DNA from: Mytilus edulis
Taxonomy: Eukaryota
Assembly (NCBI RefSeq): GCF_963676685.1
Contig: NC_092354.1
Location: forward strand, 73,098,001 to 73,162,000
Direction of reading: 5' to 3'
DNA length: 64,000 bases
Shown: piece after piece, positions 40,210-54,815 of the stretch
Layout: each line of letters starts with the position of its first letter
Position numbering within the stretch: the first letter of the stretch is position 1
Position numbers and translations under genes: made by a program
Notes under the pieces: model-generated
The model's input: the letters and a program-made list of their open reading frames with translations, nothing else
Database searches by the model: none
What the model was told of the DNA's origin: nothing

Positions 40210-43200
40210 CAATACCATATGTTTTAAATCAGAATATTCCATTGGGTTTTATAAATCTAGCCCAAAAAAACGACATATTCATTAGTGTATAATAAGAGAA
40301 ATGCATGTTTTTTTTCTACAACTTATCATATTGTGTGGGTTTTTTTCATATTCGAGTGTGTTACTGTGTGTTACTGTGTGTTCAGTTTAGCATCCGAAAG
40401 TATATTGTGAATGGTTGTGTACGTTGTAAAAATGATTTTGTGATTTAAAAATAACACAGAAAAAACTGAGAATTTTCTCATTTCCTCAAATCATCTATTA
40501 TCTTCTTGAAATAAGGTTTTTTAAACGTGTTTATAAAATTATATAAAAAGATGTGATATGAGTGTCAATGAGACAGATCTCCACTTAGATCATAATTTGT
40601 AAAAGATGAACCATAGTAGGCCAAATTACTAGTGGAAAACAATTCAAACAGGAACCTGCTGTCTATTCTATATAAAAAAAAATAAGAAATGAGAAACACT
40701 TATAAACAACACCATTAAACGACAACCACTTAACATCGCCTTCCTGACATAAGACAGATGCAAACATATGAAATGGGTTTACACATTTTGATAAATACCG
40801 AACTACACCCTTACCTGAAACAGTAGTGTAACATCACAAAATAGAAAGACACACTATGAAGTATCAAATTAAATGGTTCAACTCAATCAAAAAACATATT
40901 CACAAAAACAAATGAACATACACTGACCGAATAAATTTGAACTATAGCACACCGTAAATACACCCATTTTTGTAATACTCATGATTGCAGACTAGCTATT
41001 TTATCCAGCAATAAATAGTTTTACGAATTGTTCAGTGGAGTTATCAATTAATTTAATTGAATTTCTTGACATTGACAGTTATGTACATGTTCATACAAGC
41101 TTCAGGCGATGATACATTATCACTTAAAATAGCATCTACACCGATGCTGATATCCCACTTTATGTTATTTGTTTATTACCCAATTGATATAATTCACCTC
41201 ATTCCGCAAATAAAGTTTTTCCAAGGATTTTCTGGTCTTTTTTTCCCCAAAACAGATAATACATTTTCATTAATCTGTCTATGGATCTGTCGGAAGTAGA
41301 TATAATCTTTAACCCACACATTCCTCTACTATTCTCTTTATTTCAAAATTTTATTTTGAATGTTAATGCATTTACTTCTGTTTCCTGGATTAGAACAGAA
41401 TACACATGAAGTATATCAACAACAGTACATCCTGAAACACTTTTTTCTATAACAGATGCATATATGCATACATATTAAAAACCAGGAAATAAGTGTACAT
41501 TTTGTATAAAACATTTAGCATTCAACTTTTGAGCATACATAAAAATAACAAAGGAATAGGGAATGTGTCAAAGCGACCATAGAGCAGAAAACAGCCGTAG
41601 GTCACCAATGGTTCGTCAATGTAGCGAAAAAAACACCCGCACCCGGTCTTTTTTTATAAATTGTTTTCCTATTTTCCTCTCTCATTCTTTTTGTTTTCTC
41701 TATTTGATATTGTTTTATTTGTCTTATATTGAGTCAAATATATTATTTGAGATATAATTTCAGAACATTTTTGTATTACCTTCAATATAAACAAAACTTT
41801 TGTTTAATATAAATTATATTCCATGTAACAAAGTATATAGTTACATGAACAGTTTATTTTTACACAAAGTAATATAAGCATGATACTATCACTTATTGGA
41901 AACAAAATGTAGACCATTATACAGAATACCTCAACATCAGCTTGTGTGATATTACTTATTATTCGAACATAAGCTTTCATTTTTGTTGCGTTGAATAGGA
42001 TAGTTTTTTTCTTCAGAAACGTGTTAGAATATTACAATTCGCAAATTAATATTATTCTAAAATGGCTTCTAGTTTTATTGGGCGAAAAATAATGTATTTA
42101 AGTTCAAGGACAAATGCAATGTGCAAATGTAACACAAAAGATGACAATTTTTTGGAAGCTTTTTCTAATATGTTTGTTTTTGCTTTTTGTAGAGTTGTCA
42201 ATCTTTCAAACTATTCATTTTTATTGAAAGATTGCTAACTATACGTTACTATATGTACTTCTGACATTAACACATGCAATTTTCAATATTTTTCAATATC
42301 TAAAATTTAAATTAAAAACAAGTTGTCTTGGACTTGCATTGCCATATCTATTTTCATACTCGTATTCGTATATGCTTTCCATGTTTTCCGATGCTTTCCA
42401 AACGCACTACAACCATATATTGAGTGTTTATACATTATACCAGAGTGTAGGAGTTGGAGTTTCTGATACCAGACTTACTATTGTTTTATAATCTCTTTCT
42501 GTTACATTATAGCTATTCGGTGCATTTCGTTGTAAGCACTTGATTTTTTTTATCAATTATATTGCGTATTGGTGGATCTTATAGAGCACCAGATTTAGAC
42601 ATTGTGATAAGAGAAGATGAGATTGAGTATAAATATATAGGGAATATGTCAAGAAAACAACAACCCGACCAAGGAGCAAATACAAAGACAGTCCATCGGG
42701 ATGTTATTGTCGACAAGAAACTTAAAAGCTCAATATGGTTAAAATGTTTACCAAATTTGTTTTTTTCACCCCACATTATCATGAGTATTGCCCTGACAAT
42801 GATTTTGATTTAATCGAGGTATGAGAAACGGTTAAAAATTGTCGAAGTTTATTCGACATAACATAGCAGGACAGTGTCCTTGTTGAAGATGCATGTTTTA
42901 TCAGACCGACAACTTGCTTCTTTTTTCTCCCGCCTTTGTCAGAAAGAAAAATAAAGCAAATACCGTTGTTGTTGTTTGCGTCAAAAAAATGACATGTTAG
43001 ACCTTATTACAGATCTCCAGATATAATCCGTATTTTTCCATGGTAACCATTTTAAATGCCAGATTTAAGTTGAACTTAAATTTTAGTCGGTATGATGACA
43101 TTTTGATTCTCATATTGTTTTACTCTTGTTTAATTTTTTTCTAAATTTGCAGATTTTAATTTTTTTTCAATTTTTGGCTAAAAATTGCAATTTAAAAGCC

Positions 43201-44546
43201 CCGTTCCTATAGCAACAGACCTATTATTTTTCATTACGTTGAATTTCTCCGCTAAATAATAGATACAAAGGTAATGTAAGATTAAAAAAGTTATTGGTTA
43301 ACTTTTAATTACATTTTTAATGAAAAAACTGATAAAAATTGGAAAATTTTACTTTTTTGTTTCCATAATTACCACCCTTGGAAACAAGATACTCAATAAT
43401 TTTGTCTATAAATAAAAACTATGATATGTTGACTCAATGGAAAGTATTATGTCTTATTCCAAATTGGATGCGTAAGTTTGCTATACATCCTGAAAAAAAA
43501 CTGTCTAAATTGGGTATTACAAATACCTGTTGAACTCTTCCATGTATCCATGGTTCAAGTCAGGGTAACACGAAATATTTTGTATTTTTAAATTCCGTCA
43601 TAATATCAATTTGTAATGATATTTATAGAAAAAATAGATATTTTTTTTTCTATATATTCTTTTTAAGTGGTTAATAAAGCCCAAAGTAGACCTATTTCGT
43701 AGTTGAAAAGGAACAATTTTGAAGGTTAAATTAGAATATCCTGTTACCATGGCAACCATGGTCCAAAGCAACCATATCAACATTATTGTTTTCATTTATA
43801 CGAAATAGTGTGATAACTGACAAAGTTTAAAGCTTTTCTGAGACTATGCATGCCACAGCCTATATCTGGCATGGTTGATATTTACAGATAATCAATGTTA
43901 ATATCTAATACGATTTGGATTTACTTTTGGTCATTTGCATTCGAATTTACCAGGAAGGTTGAGAAGCACCGTCTAATATTATAATGACCGAAACAAACAT
44001 TGTTTTGATCGATATATAAATATATACATTAGAAGACGAAAAATGTTTCGCATCTTAGTTATGGTGATGTTTAATAGATATGAAAATAGCATTTTTTTTA
44101 CTAGACTCAAAAGCTGAGTAGTACCACGTGTATGTGCCAGACGACACAATTTCATCGCCAATAGTATTATCATGATGACGCCGAGTATACTTGTGGCTCA
44201 ATTTGTTTATGGTTCAAGCTTATTTCAAATGCTAAACATACCATTTTTTTTTTGATGGATTGACCCAACAGGACATTACAATAACACACTCTCGTACATA
44301 CGTGTATACAATACTTCGACAATACATAGACTATTACCTTGCAGAATGAAAATAAAAATGTTATTTATACAGTACATGTTATACAATAGTTTTTCATCAT
44401 CTTCATACTGAGTTTGTTTTATCATTTTGTTTTCGCTTCATAATACAATCAATAAATACGATGAATGTATACCAGCAATATAATGTTAATTGCATCACAA
44501 TACGTCATTTGATCACACAAATTAATACTATTGAACGTTTTTCAAT

Positions 44547-44928
44547 TTAATTGTAAACAGGGTCTGCTTTTTTGTTTAGAGACTGAAGATAGTTCCCAGA
44601 TACATCGTAGTCATCTTCTGTAATTCTCCTGTGTGCAATTCCGTAATCACCATCACAGTTGTTATGAACATTATGGCGTATTGTATGATCATACATGACA
44701 TCAGAGTCGTCTTCGGTGCTCCGAAGATGTGAATACGTGTTTGACTCGTCTGTTGAAATGGCCAAATTAACTGCATGCGCTGCTGACATTTGTATTGCAT
44801 CAGGGGAAATCATCATATTAGCTTGAGGGTTATTGGCTGATTCTGGTTGTCTCTCAGTTGTTGTATTCATGCTTGTCGTAACGTTGTCCTTACTTGATTT
44901 CTCAACATTTCTTGATTGATTACGTCTT
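44547..44928 (-). CDS. Last exon of a type I membrane protein: Tyr-motif-rich cytoplasmic tail
   Basis: Acceptor ttttacag, phase 2, open to the stop at 44547; motifs TYSHL, MYDHT, DYGIA, DYDVS, NYLQS, PVYN. Confidence 0.85.
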
Positions 44929-45329
44929 CTGTAAAAATAAAAATAAAAATACGTGTTTTATTTAATTTATATGTATAACCTGTTTTACTGTATAGACAGT
45001 CTGAAGACCCGTGGTACATTGTATCTATTTGAAAGAGCAATGCAAATGCCCTTGACATTTTTCTCATTGTTTATTTGTCAACTTTAACTTTATGACATAG
45101 TTTATTTTCATATAAGGTAGGCATATCTGGTCGATAGGTGTCATGTGTATTTTTTACCTTATCATCATTTTTCATTTCTCAGAGTAAAACTTTCAAGTAT
45201 TCACGAAATTATATTTGAAAAAATCTAAATTTCTAAAGAAAGGTTTATCATTACATCAGCTATTTATCTACTTTTTGATTTAGCGATACCTATTGTTTGT
45301 ATTACAAACAATTTTGATAAGAATCATAC

Positions 45330-45411
45330 CTTAATAAAACTCCAACAATAATGCTCATTATGAGCAAAACTCCAACAATTCCTCCAACAATGAAAACATA
45401 TACTGGAATTC
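45330..45411 (-). CDS. Transmembrane exon GIPVYVFIVGGIVGVLLIMSIIVGVLLR
   Basis: tttacag acceptor, gtatga donor, phase 1-2, joins the 44928 exon in frame. Confidence 0.85.
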
Positions 45412-45590
45412 CTGTAAAGCAATTTAGTTATTTATGTACATGTTTAAGTAGCACTTGGAGTGGTTATTGAATGGTATACTGATATGAATTAGAAGAATCG
45501 TAGTATTCCTTACTATGCAATTGGAGAAGAAATGAATTTTTAGACAAGAAACATGATACATGTGATTATTTCATAAGTTTAAACATATTT

Positions 45591-45920
45591 GTTTAAAGTG
45601 GATTGGGAAACAAGTTATTGCATCTTATATTATACCCTTTCCACTTTACGGGTCCAAGTGCTGCCTTGTAGCGGCATTAGCCTGCTCTTTTTCGAAATCT
45701 ACAAGGGTGTCTTTTATGTGCAAGAGCTATGGCGTTCTCCTTACACGGGTCAGCAATGTATCGTCCCCTTCCAACGGACTATCATCGTTATCTTAAGACC
45801 ATACTCGCAAATGGTTCCAGGGAGAGCCGAAAATTCGGTCCCTGAAATTTTCTCCCCGGGGATCGAACCAGAAACCTTTTGGTTAGTAGTCCGATGCACT
45901 TGCCACTACACCACGGTTCT
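45591..45920 (-). mobile_element. tRNA-derived SINE
   Basis: Minus-strand head gagaaccgtggtgtagtgg (A box) ... ggttcgatcccc (B box); catattt duplicated at 45584-45590 and 45921-45927. Confidence 0.8.
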
Positions 45921-46212
45921 CATATTTCTTTAGTTTGCGGAGTTTGAAGGACTTACTAATTTGATTAATTAAGACAGACACATGAACAGACGACGGGGCT
46001 TTGTTTTAAATTTTGTACTGCTTATTAAGTCAGGTAAACGGTATGCAAATTTTGCCATTTAGCATTCGTTGTACTAGAAATTATGAATATTGCATGACTG
46101 TCTGGACCAAAAAGTCTAAGAAAGTACTTTGGCTTTCGATGACAGTTTAGTATCACACAACACGAACAACAGCAAAGAATTAAAAAAAAATGTCGCCTAA
46201 CAAAGATTAATT

Positions 46213-46516
46213 TGTTCTGTCGAATAATTGTCAATTATTTACTATCACTTCAAAACCTTTTTATTAATCACGTCGGCCTTACATTCCACAGCAGCCACAT
46301 CAAAATAATATCACGTGTTTGTTTTTGTTCTCATCTCATTGTTAAATTTCTTGATCTGCGGCATATCACGGAGTGAGTAATTAATTAATTTAATTTGCAA
46401 TTATCACAAATGTATTTTTGTTCATTTGCGTTTCAGTTCATTATTCATTTTATTTACCTTGATTAAGAGTTTTCATTGTTCGTTTTTGTTACACAACACA
46501 AACATACACATTCACA
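46213..46516 (+). repeat. BEL/Pao 5' LTR
   Basis: tgttctgtcg...cattcaca, roughly 90% identical to 53752-54053 (by-eye estimate). Confidence 0.9.
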
Positions 46517-49500
46517 TAAAGTAAAATATCCCCGCTTAAAGGCAATTCAGCATGTCCGAATCAGACGATTCGTCAACATCACGTTCCAGAACGTTCAACA
46601 AGAAAGGACAACAACATTTTGAGGATAAATATTCCAAACGAAACAAACACAAATGCAAGGCATATGATCAAACAGCAGACCACCTTCATCATTTTAAGTA
46701 AAATACTTATAGACTTAGCAACGCGACAAATTAAAAATCGAATCAATGATATAGCATTCGAAGAAAGATCAATAATTTTATCAAGCAGTTCAAAATCATC
46801 ATTAAGATCATCTACAAGTTTTCGCCAAAGTCAAATGAGCTCAGTCATATCACGAACAAGAGCAAAAGCAAAAGTAGCAACAACAAGATTAAAGTTTGTA
46901 GAATAAGACCTACCGGAAGCCAAACGCGAAGCTGGCGCAGCAGAAGCAGAAGTTGATGCATTATCAAAATCTCCGGAATCGTCAGGAACGTAAGTTAAAT
47001 ATGAATTGAACATACAATCAGAGCCATTGGATGCAAAAGCTCGGACTAAGACATACGTTCAACTATTAAACTCGGCAAAACAAGATGTGCAAACTGGAGA
47101 CACACATAACAACCAACATATTGAATCTTCATACCGTGTAACTGAGACAAATTTGGACCCGAGGGTCGAACCCTTTCTTTCGTCACAGTCAGTAGCAGGT
47201 GACTTTACTCGATATCTGTTGCAAAAAGATCTGCTTCTCTAAAGACTTTCACAGTTTGATGACCGACCAGAGACATATCTCACACGGAAAACGTCTTTCC
47301 GTGCTGTCATGAAAGAATTAAAAGTTACACCAATGAAGGAATAAGATTTCTTAGTTAAATGGACAGGTCAAGAATCAAAACGACACGTCATAAGCATCAA
47401 ATCCGTCAACGCATCAAATCCCTCTATAGATCTAAGCCGATAGGGGCAACGTCTCGAAGAACGATATGGATATCCCGAAATGTTAGAAGCGTCATTAAAA
47501 CGGAGAGTTGAACAGTTTCCGAAATTAACTATAAAAGACAACAAGAAATTGTTCGAATTGTATGATCTTGCATCAGAAATCGATTCAATCAAGAGTATGG
47601 AAAACATGAAACCCCTTCATGGTCAATATGATTCATCAATCGGAGTTAAACCAATGGTGAATAAATTACCACATAGTCTTCAGGAAAAATGGACCACAAC
47701 AGCTGTTAGATACATGAACTATAATGATGTAGCCTATCCTCCATTTGGTGACTTTGTAGAATTTTACCGAGATCAGAGTCGTATCAAAACTAACCCAAGC
47801 TTCTTTAACGAAACAACACCATTCAAGAAAGAAAACAATTTTCAGAAGCGACCCGAAAGAAACACTCACATACACGTCAAGAAGACTGAGACAACGGACC
47901 CACATAAACCTTTATCTCTATCTGATAATAACTCCACCAAACAGAAATGTTCGCTTCATCTTACTGAATACTCGTTGAACAAATGTAGAGTTTTTAGAGC
48001 CAAGCCCATCGGTGAGAGAAATAAATTTATTAAGGAGAAGACAATCTGCTTTAAATGTCATACATTAAACTGTAAGAACGTTGTTCGTTGCAAGGAATGT
48101 AATAACATCCACCTTATGTACACGTCGATCATACTCATGTGAATTCTTCTACACAACAAACTCAGGACCGTCTGAAAATCAAACAGATCACGGAGGGGAG
48201 TACTCTATCTGGTACAGCTAAGGCATTATGCACTCGCATTTGTGGAGGGTTTTCAGGAAAATCATGCTCAAAGATCATTTTAGTCAATGCATTTTTAAAA
48301 GACAAACCAGAGAATGTTGTAAGTCTCTACGTTATGATCGACGATCAGAGAAACATGACTCTTGCTAGTTCTATTTGATATGTTGGCAGTTGAAGGAGAT
48401 GAAACAGAATATACACTGGTATCATGCTCAGGTAAAGTCCGTTCCACTTGGAGGAGATATAATGGTTTAGTTGTTGAATCTATCGACCGATCAGTTCAAC
48501 TTGATATGCCTTATGTGATAGAATGTGAAAATTTACGTGACAATCGGAATGAAATTCCAACGCCAGAAGTTGCAGAGAGTTTCTATCACTTCCAAGATAT
48601 TGCGCATCATATCCCACAGCTAGACAATGAGGCCCATATTATGATGCCTATAGAACGAGACGTCATTTCAGCACATCACGTACTAAACTAACGTATTGGT
48701 TTAGCTAATCCTTCGTATGCACAGAAACTACGTCTCGAATGGTGTATCATCGGGGAAAGCTGTCTAGGTAACGTCCACATGCCAAAGGAATTAAGAGTCA
48801 ACAAAACCAATATCCCTGAAAATGGAAGACCAACACTGTCTGATCCTTGTAATAACCAAAGAAAATTGAAAGAAATAGTACATGATGTCTTCGAACAGAA
48901 AGACGACGATAATAAACCTGGGTTATCAATTGAAGACAGACCATTTTTGAACATGATGGACTCAAGTTTTCGCAAAAACGAAAATGGAAATTGGAGCTGT
49001 CCGTTGCCCTTTAGGCACAATAGGTCGAACATTTTGAACAATTACGAACACGTGAAGAGCAATTGTACTAGAAAAGTCATTACGAAAAGATCAAATGAAA
49101 AGAGAACATTTTCTAGAGTTCATGGAGACCATTTTTTCAAACGGTCATGCCGAAAATGCACCACCTTTACCAAACGACACAGAAGGTTGGTATCTCCCAA
49201 TATTTGGAGTATACCACCATCATAAGAACGACAAAGTCCAAGTGGTTTTTGACTCGGCAGCAAAATGCAATGGATTATCCTTAAATAACGTGCTACTACC
49301 TGGACCAGATCTACCAATAGTCTATTGGGAATATTGCGTCGATTCAGACTCGAACCGGTAGCTGTTGTTGCAGACATTCAACAGATGTTTTATAGCTTCA
49401 AAGTCGATGAACATCACAGAGATTATTTAAAGTTCTTATGGCATGAACAAAATGACATCAACAAACCACTTACAGAATATCGAATGTGCGTCCACATTTT

Positions 49501-51404
49501 TGTAAATACCGCATCTCCATCTATCGCTAGCTATGCGCGGTAATCTTGGCTCAGAGGTAACCCACTTTTATTTGTTCTAAATGACTTTTATGTCGATGAT
49601 GGATTGACCTCGCTTCCAACAGCCACTGTCAATCTTCTTAAAGAGATACAGGAAGCACTCAAAACAGAAGGAAAATTAAGGCTACACAAGATAGCATAAA
49701 AAAACAAAAAGGTTATGGAAGCTTTCCTTCCCGAGGATTTAGCTAAGAATTGGGAAATCAAACCAGCGCTACCAGTACAATGCAGTCTTGTAATCCGATG
49801 GAGTCTGATTCAGATACCTTTTCATTTGATATATCGACAGATGACAGACCGCATTCTAGTAGAGGAGTTCTATCAACGATAAACTCTATTTTTGACCCAC
49901 TTGGATGTTTAGCTCCAGTTGTCGTAGAAGGAAGGTTGATTCAACGTCAACTAGCGACTGGGACCAACCGTTACCAACAGAGTATTTTGATACTTGGAAA
50001 AGAGGGACGAAAGATACCAAAGGGAACCGTTGGACATCTTCATTGCAAGAATTGGACCAGTTACATATTCGCCGTACTTATCTGTCGGATTCATTTTTTA
50101 AATCAGAAGAGAAGTCAGTACATATATTTTGCGATGCATCAGAAAAAGCTATCACAGCTGTAAGTTTTGTACGTGCACGAAATAATGCAGGACAATTTGA
50201 ATCAGGATTCCTACATGGAAAATTTAAAGTAGCACAAGTTCATGGACATACAATCCCGAGATTAAAACTCTGCTCAGTCGTTTTAGCAATCGAGATAGCC
50301 GATACAATTGCGCATCAACTACAATTGCCACTGAAGGAGTTCAAATTCTATACCGACAGCAGAGTAGTTTTGAGCTACATTAATAATGACTTATAATTAT
50401 GTTGCTAATCGTTTACAGAAAATTTGATCAATCACACTTACAAAGCAATGGCAATATGTTTCTACAAATAACAATCCCGCTGACAAAGGTACGCGATTCG
50501 TATATGCTTTGGAAATGTCAAATTCTCTATGGATCACAGGACCACAGTTTCTTTTAAAAGACGCCACAGGTATAACAGAGAACTTTACATTACAAAACCC
50601 AGATGTTGAAAAGGAACTCAAACCGGATGTACTGAAGTTTAAGACGGATATTAAATTTTTACAGCAGTTAGGAACTGATCGATTTAGTAAATTCTCGCTT
50701 TGGTAAACTCTTACAAAGGCAATTGCACGTTTAAAACATGTAGCACAGCCTTTTGCTAGCAAATCATCATGTACAGGATGGCATATCTGCTCAGAATCAG
50801 CATCTGTAAATGCCATTGATGAAGCAAGAAAACTAGTTTTACGAAAAGATCAGACAGATACTTTTATCGACGAAATTGAGTGTCTTACCACAAGAAAATC
50901 TCTTCCGAAATCCAGCTGTGTAGTCAGTCTTACGCCTTTCCTTGATAAGAAAAACATTTTACGTATTGGTGGAAGAATACAAAATTCGAATGTTCCAGAT
51001 ATTGAAAAACACCCGATACTCCTTTCTGGTCGCCATCACATTGCACTACTTATAGTCAGACATTATCATGAATTTAGTCATCATCAAGGACGTCACATAA
51101 CCGAAGGTTCAATTCGTTCTGCAGGCTTCTGGATAACAAGAGTAAAATCACTTGTATCTTCCGTCATTAGCAAATGCGTAAAATGTCGTATACTTAGAGG
51201 GTCGATATGCAATATTAATGTTACCTCCAGATAGGTTAGAACCTGGTCCTCCATTTACAAACGTTGGCGTCGATTGTTTTGGTCCGTTGGAAGTGTTAGC
51301 TCGTCGAACTCGTGGTTGACACGCAAACAACAAAAGATTAGCTACTATGTTTACATGTTTGACAACAAGAGCTGTTCATGTAGAAGTAATAGAGGAGTTA
51401 AGCT

Positions 51405-51862
51405 GGTCCGAGACGACAATTATTTCGTAGTGCATTTCTTTTAGAACATAAATGAAAATTTAAAAAAATCCCACCTACGATTTCTCAATGAAATTTTTAC
51501 AGTGTGTTGTACCTCTTTTGGGACAAATTATATCAAAATTATAGAAAACTTCATAGACTCTAACTCAAAATATGGACAATTTTATGTTTAGGGCGTCTTG
51601 AAATCTTTTGACAGCTTCCGAAGTGCTAATTTTAAACCTTTTTCAAATGGGTCCAAATCACTACTTTCCTTTAAAATTCTGGACCAAAATTTTTTTTACA
51701 GTGTAATTTCATCCCCCTAGCTACTTGCCATTTGAGGCATAAAACATGGAGAAATAAATTTGGAAGGGGTATAAAAAATATTGGCAAGTAACCCACTGTC
51801 AACACTAGGGACTATATTTATGGACAACGAAAATCAAAGGACAACAATTGTGGTCTCGGACC
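51405..51862. mobile_element. MITE nested in the BEL integrase
   Basis: TIR ggtccgagac.acaatt / aattgt.gtctcggacc flanked by AGCT on both sides. Removal restores EELSSSSFI. Confidence 0.85.
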
Positions 51863-52131
51863 AGCTCATCGTCTTTCATTATGGCATTAAAACGATTCAC
51901 AGCAATACGAGGTCCAGTGAGTCATTTTAGATCTGATAGAGGAACAAACTTCGTAGACACTATCAAAGAATTAGAGATACAAGCAATCAAAGTCGAGGAT
52001 AATCGAATGAAAGAGTTTCTTCGTAATCAAGGAACAACTTGGCAGTTCAACCTGCCTCACGATTCTCATATGGGAGGTGTCTGGGAAAGAGTTTTTGGCA
52101 TAACAAGAAGAATACTAAATTCGCTAATAAT

Positions 52132-53051
52132 TAGTGTTGTCAAATCGTACATTTTTGCCTAACCGGTTAGTCGGATAATCGTTCGACCGATTAACCGGTT
52201 AACCGGTAGTTTACGTTGATGTTTGAAGACCATAAACTTTCAATAGTACCCTACACATAGGTATTAGAAGATTTAGTATTAGTGATAATGTTTATACGAT
52301 GAATTTAAATTTGTCCTTTGGTATTATAAGGCTTGTCTGTAAGATTCCTGTCGACGTTTGACTTTTAATAATCAAATACACGGTATCAACTGTGGCGTTT
52401 GTACTAACTTCAGATTGAATAAAAAAAACTTCTTGATATCGTAGAATTGAATATGTCTGAAACCGATTATTCTTTCATTTTCTCTTGTTGCCTCCGAAAA
52501 TAATGTTGAGAGTTTAAGTTTGAATTTATTAATCCTGATACTCGTACCATCAAGTATACATTGATTACATTCACGTTGGTTTGCTTTTTACAGCTTTTGA
52601 GTAAGTATTTCATTTAAAGTATGACAGAGACTTACACGACGTAGATTGCACATTCAGATGTAGGTCTACACAGTATTGCACCAAAAATGAAATGAAGTAA
52701 ATCGTAAAATGTAATTGTATTACTTATTAAAAGTTAATGTTAAAACAACATGTAACTAATAATGTTTCCTTAAGATCTTGCCCCGAGCTGAGAGACAAGT
52801 TCTAATTAATTTTATATTTTTGGATTAACAAATTGAATAGCAATCAACATACTGGACAATTGATCCGTCAAATTATTTACCACGACGACAATTTTTAAAG
52901 CAAACATAACTATTTAATGATTTCAATTCAAATTTATATCAAATCTATTAAAAATAAAAAAACGTCCGGTTAACCGGTTAACGTTTTTTGTATTCGGTAG
53001 TCGGTCGTTCGAACGGTTAACCGATTAACCGATTAACCGTTGACAACACTA
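52132..53051. mobile_element. hAT-type MITE nested in the BEL integrase
   Basis: TIR tagtgttgtcaa / ttgacaacacta; 8-bp TSD ctaataat / ctattaat (7 of 8 match); subterminal ttaaccg repeats. Removal restores ILNSLLMEAS. Confidence 0.9.
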
Positions 53052-53751
53052 CTATTAATGGAAGCTTCCAGGAATAAGTTAACTCATGAGATGCTTGTAA
53101 CATTTTTAGCAGAAGCATCAGCAATTGTGAATTCGAGACCGCTTGTCCCTCTCACTACCGATCCAGAAAATCGGATGCCGCTCTCTCCATCGTTATTACT
53201 TACTCAAAAACCGCAACAGATCATTAACGATCAGCGAATAATTGACAGCAAAGATATGTACAATAAACAGTAGAAATGTGTGCAAATACTTGCAGATAAA
53301 TTTTGGAATTGGTGGAAAAATGAATACCTACAAACACTCCGAATACAACGTAAGTGGACCGAACCACAGAAAAACATCTCTCCGGGCGATGTTGTTCTGA
53401 TAAAAGACAAGCAATCTGCTAGAAACGATTGGCCTACAGGGATTGTAGAGAGAACTTATCTTGGATCCAATCAACAAGTATGTACATGCGATGTCATAAT
53501 CATCCAAATCATGCGGAATAGTGAACGTGCAGTGATATACACTCGTCCAGTGACCGAAATTGTGTGTCTTTTTCTAGTCGAGTCATGGGGAGAAGTCCAG
53601 AAAAAGAAACTTTGATTTTGACAATGTAGAACTTGTAGCTTAAACAATTTAGAACTTTAGTTGTTATTTACAGTTAAATGTAGTATTGAACATTTTAGTT
53701 TTTTTGTTTTTTTTTACTTTTTAAAGTGATTCCTTTAGCATCAGACGGGGG

Positions 53752-54053
53752 TGTTCTATCGAATAAATGTCAATTTTTTACTATCACTTCAAAACCTTTG
53801 TATTAATCACGTCGGCCGTATATTCCACAGCAGCCACATCAAAATCATATCACGTGTTTGTTTTTTTTCCTCATCTCATTGTTAAATTTCTTGATCTACG
53901 GCCTATCATGGAGTGAGAAATAATTAATTTAATTTGCAATTATCACAAATACATTTTTGTTCATTTTCGTAGGTTCATTATTTATTTTATTTACTTTGAT
54001 TAAGAGTTTTCATTGTTCATCTTTGTTACACAACACACGCATACACATTCACA
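53752..54053 (+). repeat. BEL/Pao 3' LTR
   Basis: tgttctatcg...cattcaca, preceded by the polypurine tract. Confidence 0.9.
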
Positions 54054-54608
54054 TCGTGTTATCTTTACTACATGTAACGAAACACACGCATTATTGTTAT
54101 TTTAATGACTTTTCAATATTTTACGAATGTCAAGAAGGTGTTTTTGAATAAGTTTGCATACTTATTTCTGTTTATATTAATTTTGTATCTGTATTAAACT
54201 TTTGTTATTTTGGTATAAATACACGAGATAACCTTCAAAGCATGTTGATACATCATACTTTATTTAAAGAAAAATCTATGGAACACAATAAGTGCCACTT
54301 TTAGGCGTACAATTTTGTCTTTCCAATGAATAAGTTTAATTGTTTTTAAGCAAATTTTACATAGGAAATTGCTACTATTATACTACTTATTTTTTATTTC
54401 ATTTATTCAATCAGTTAAAGTAGTAATTTCACTAAGATCAGGTTTTTAAGATTCTTTATTTGTTTTTCAGTATGATACAACACAAACATGTATGTAACCA
54501 CATCATCATAGATTAAATGATCTAAATCACATGTAGTTACTTCATCACTGGTTAACTGACTGTAAATCGGCAGTGCCAAGGCAGAAAATAATTATTAAAT
54601 CAACCTAC

Positions 54609-54653
54609 CATAATACTCTGTACTAGTGTCATCGCCTTGTCTAGTACTGTCAC
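54609..54653 (-). CDS. Stalk micro-exon GDSTRQGDDTSTEYY
   Basis: ctaacag acceptor, gtaggt donor, 45 bp, phase 1-1. Confidence 0.65.
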
Positions 54654-54815
54654 CTGTTAGGATGGATAGTGAAAGTGTTCACTTTAAGTTTTAAAATGTA
54701 CACTGACCAACTGCATAAAACATAACTATGTCTTAATTGAAAAGTTTGCTTTCTGCTGAAGTAACTTTTATTATTGTTTGGAGATATATATGGAGATAAT
54801 AATGACCACAACATA

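Larger units (their letters stand above)
46213..54053 (+). mobile_element. Degenerate BEL/Pao LTR retrotransposon
   Basis: Two TG..CA LTRs; purine tract agacggggg before the 3' LTR. Broken gag (ICFKC), protease (YVMIDDQ), RT (WYLPIFGVYH, VVFDSAAK, ADIQQMF, FYVDD), RNase H (HIFCDASEKA, TIPRL) and integrase (GVDCFGP, SDRGTNF, GGVWER) in PR-RT-RH-IN order. Confidence 0.95.

Noticed and set aside
45850-45920. tRNA gene
   Set aside because: It has A and B boxes but no full cloverleaf; it is the head of a SINE with a TSD.
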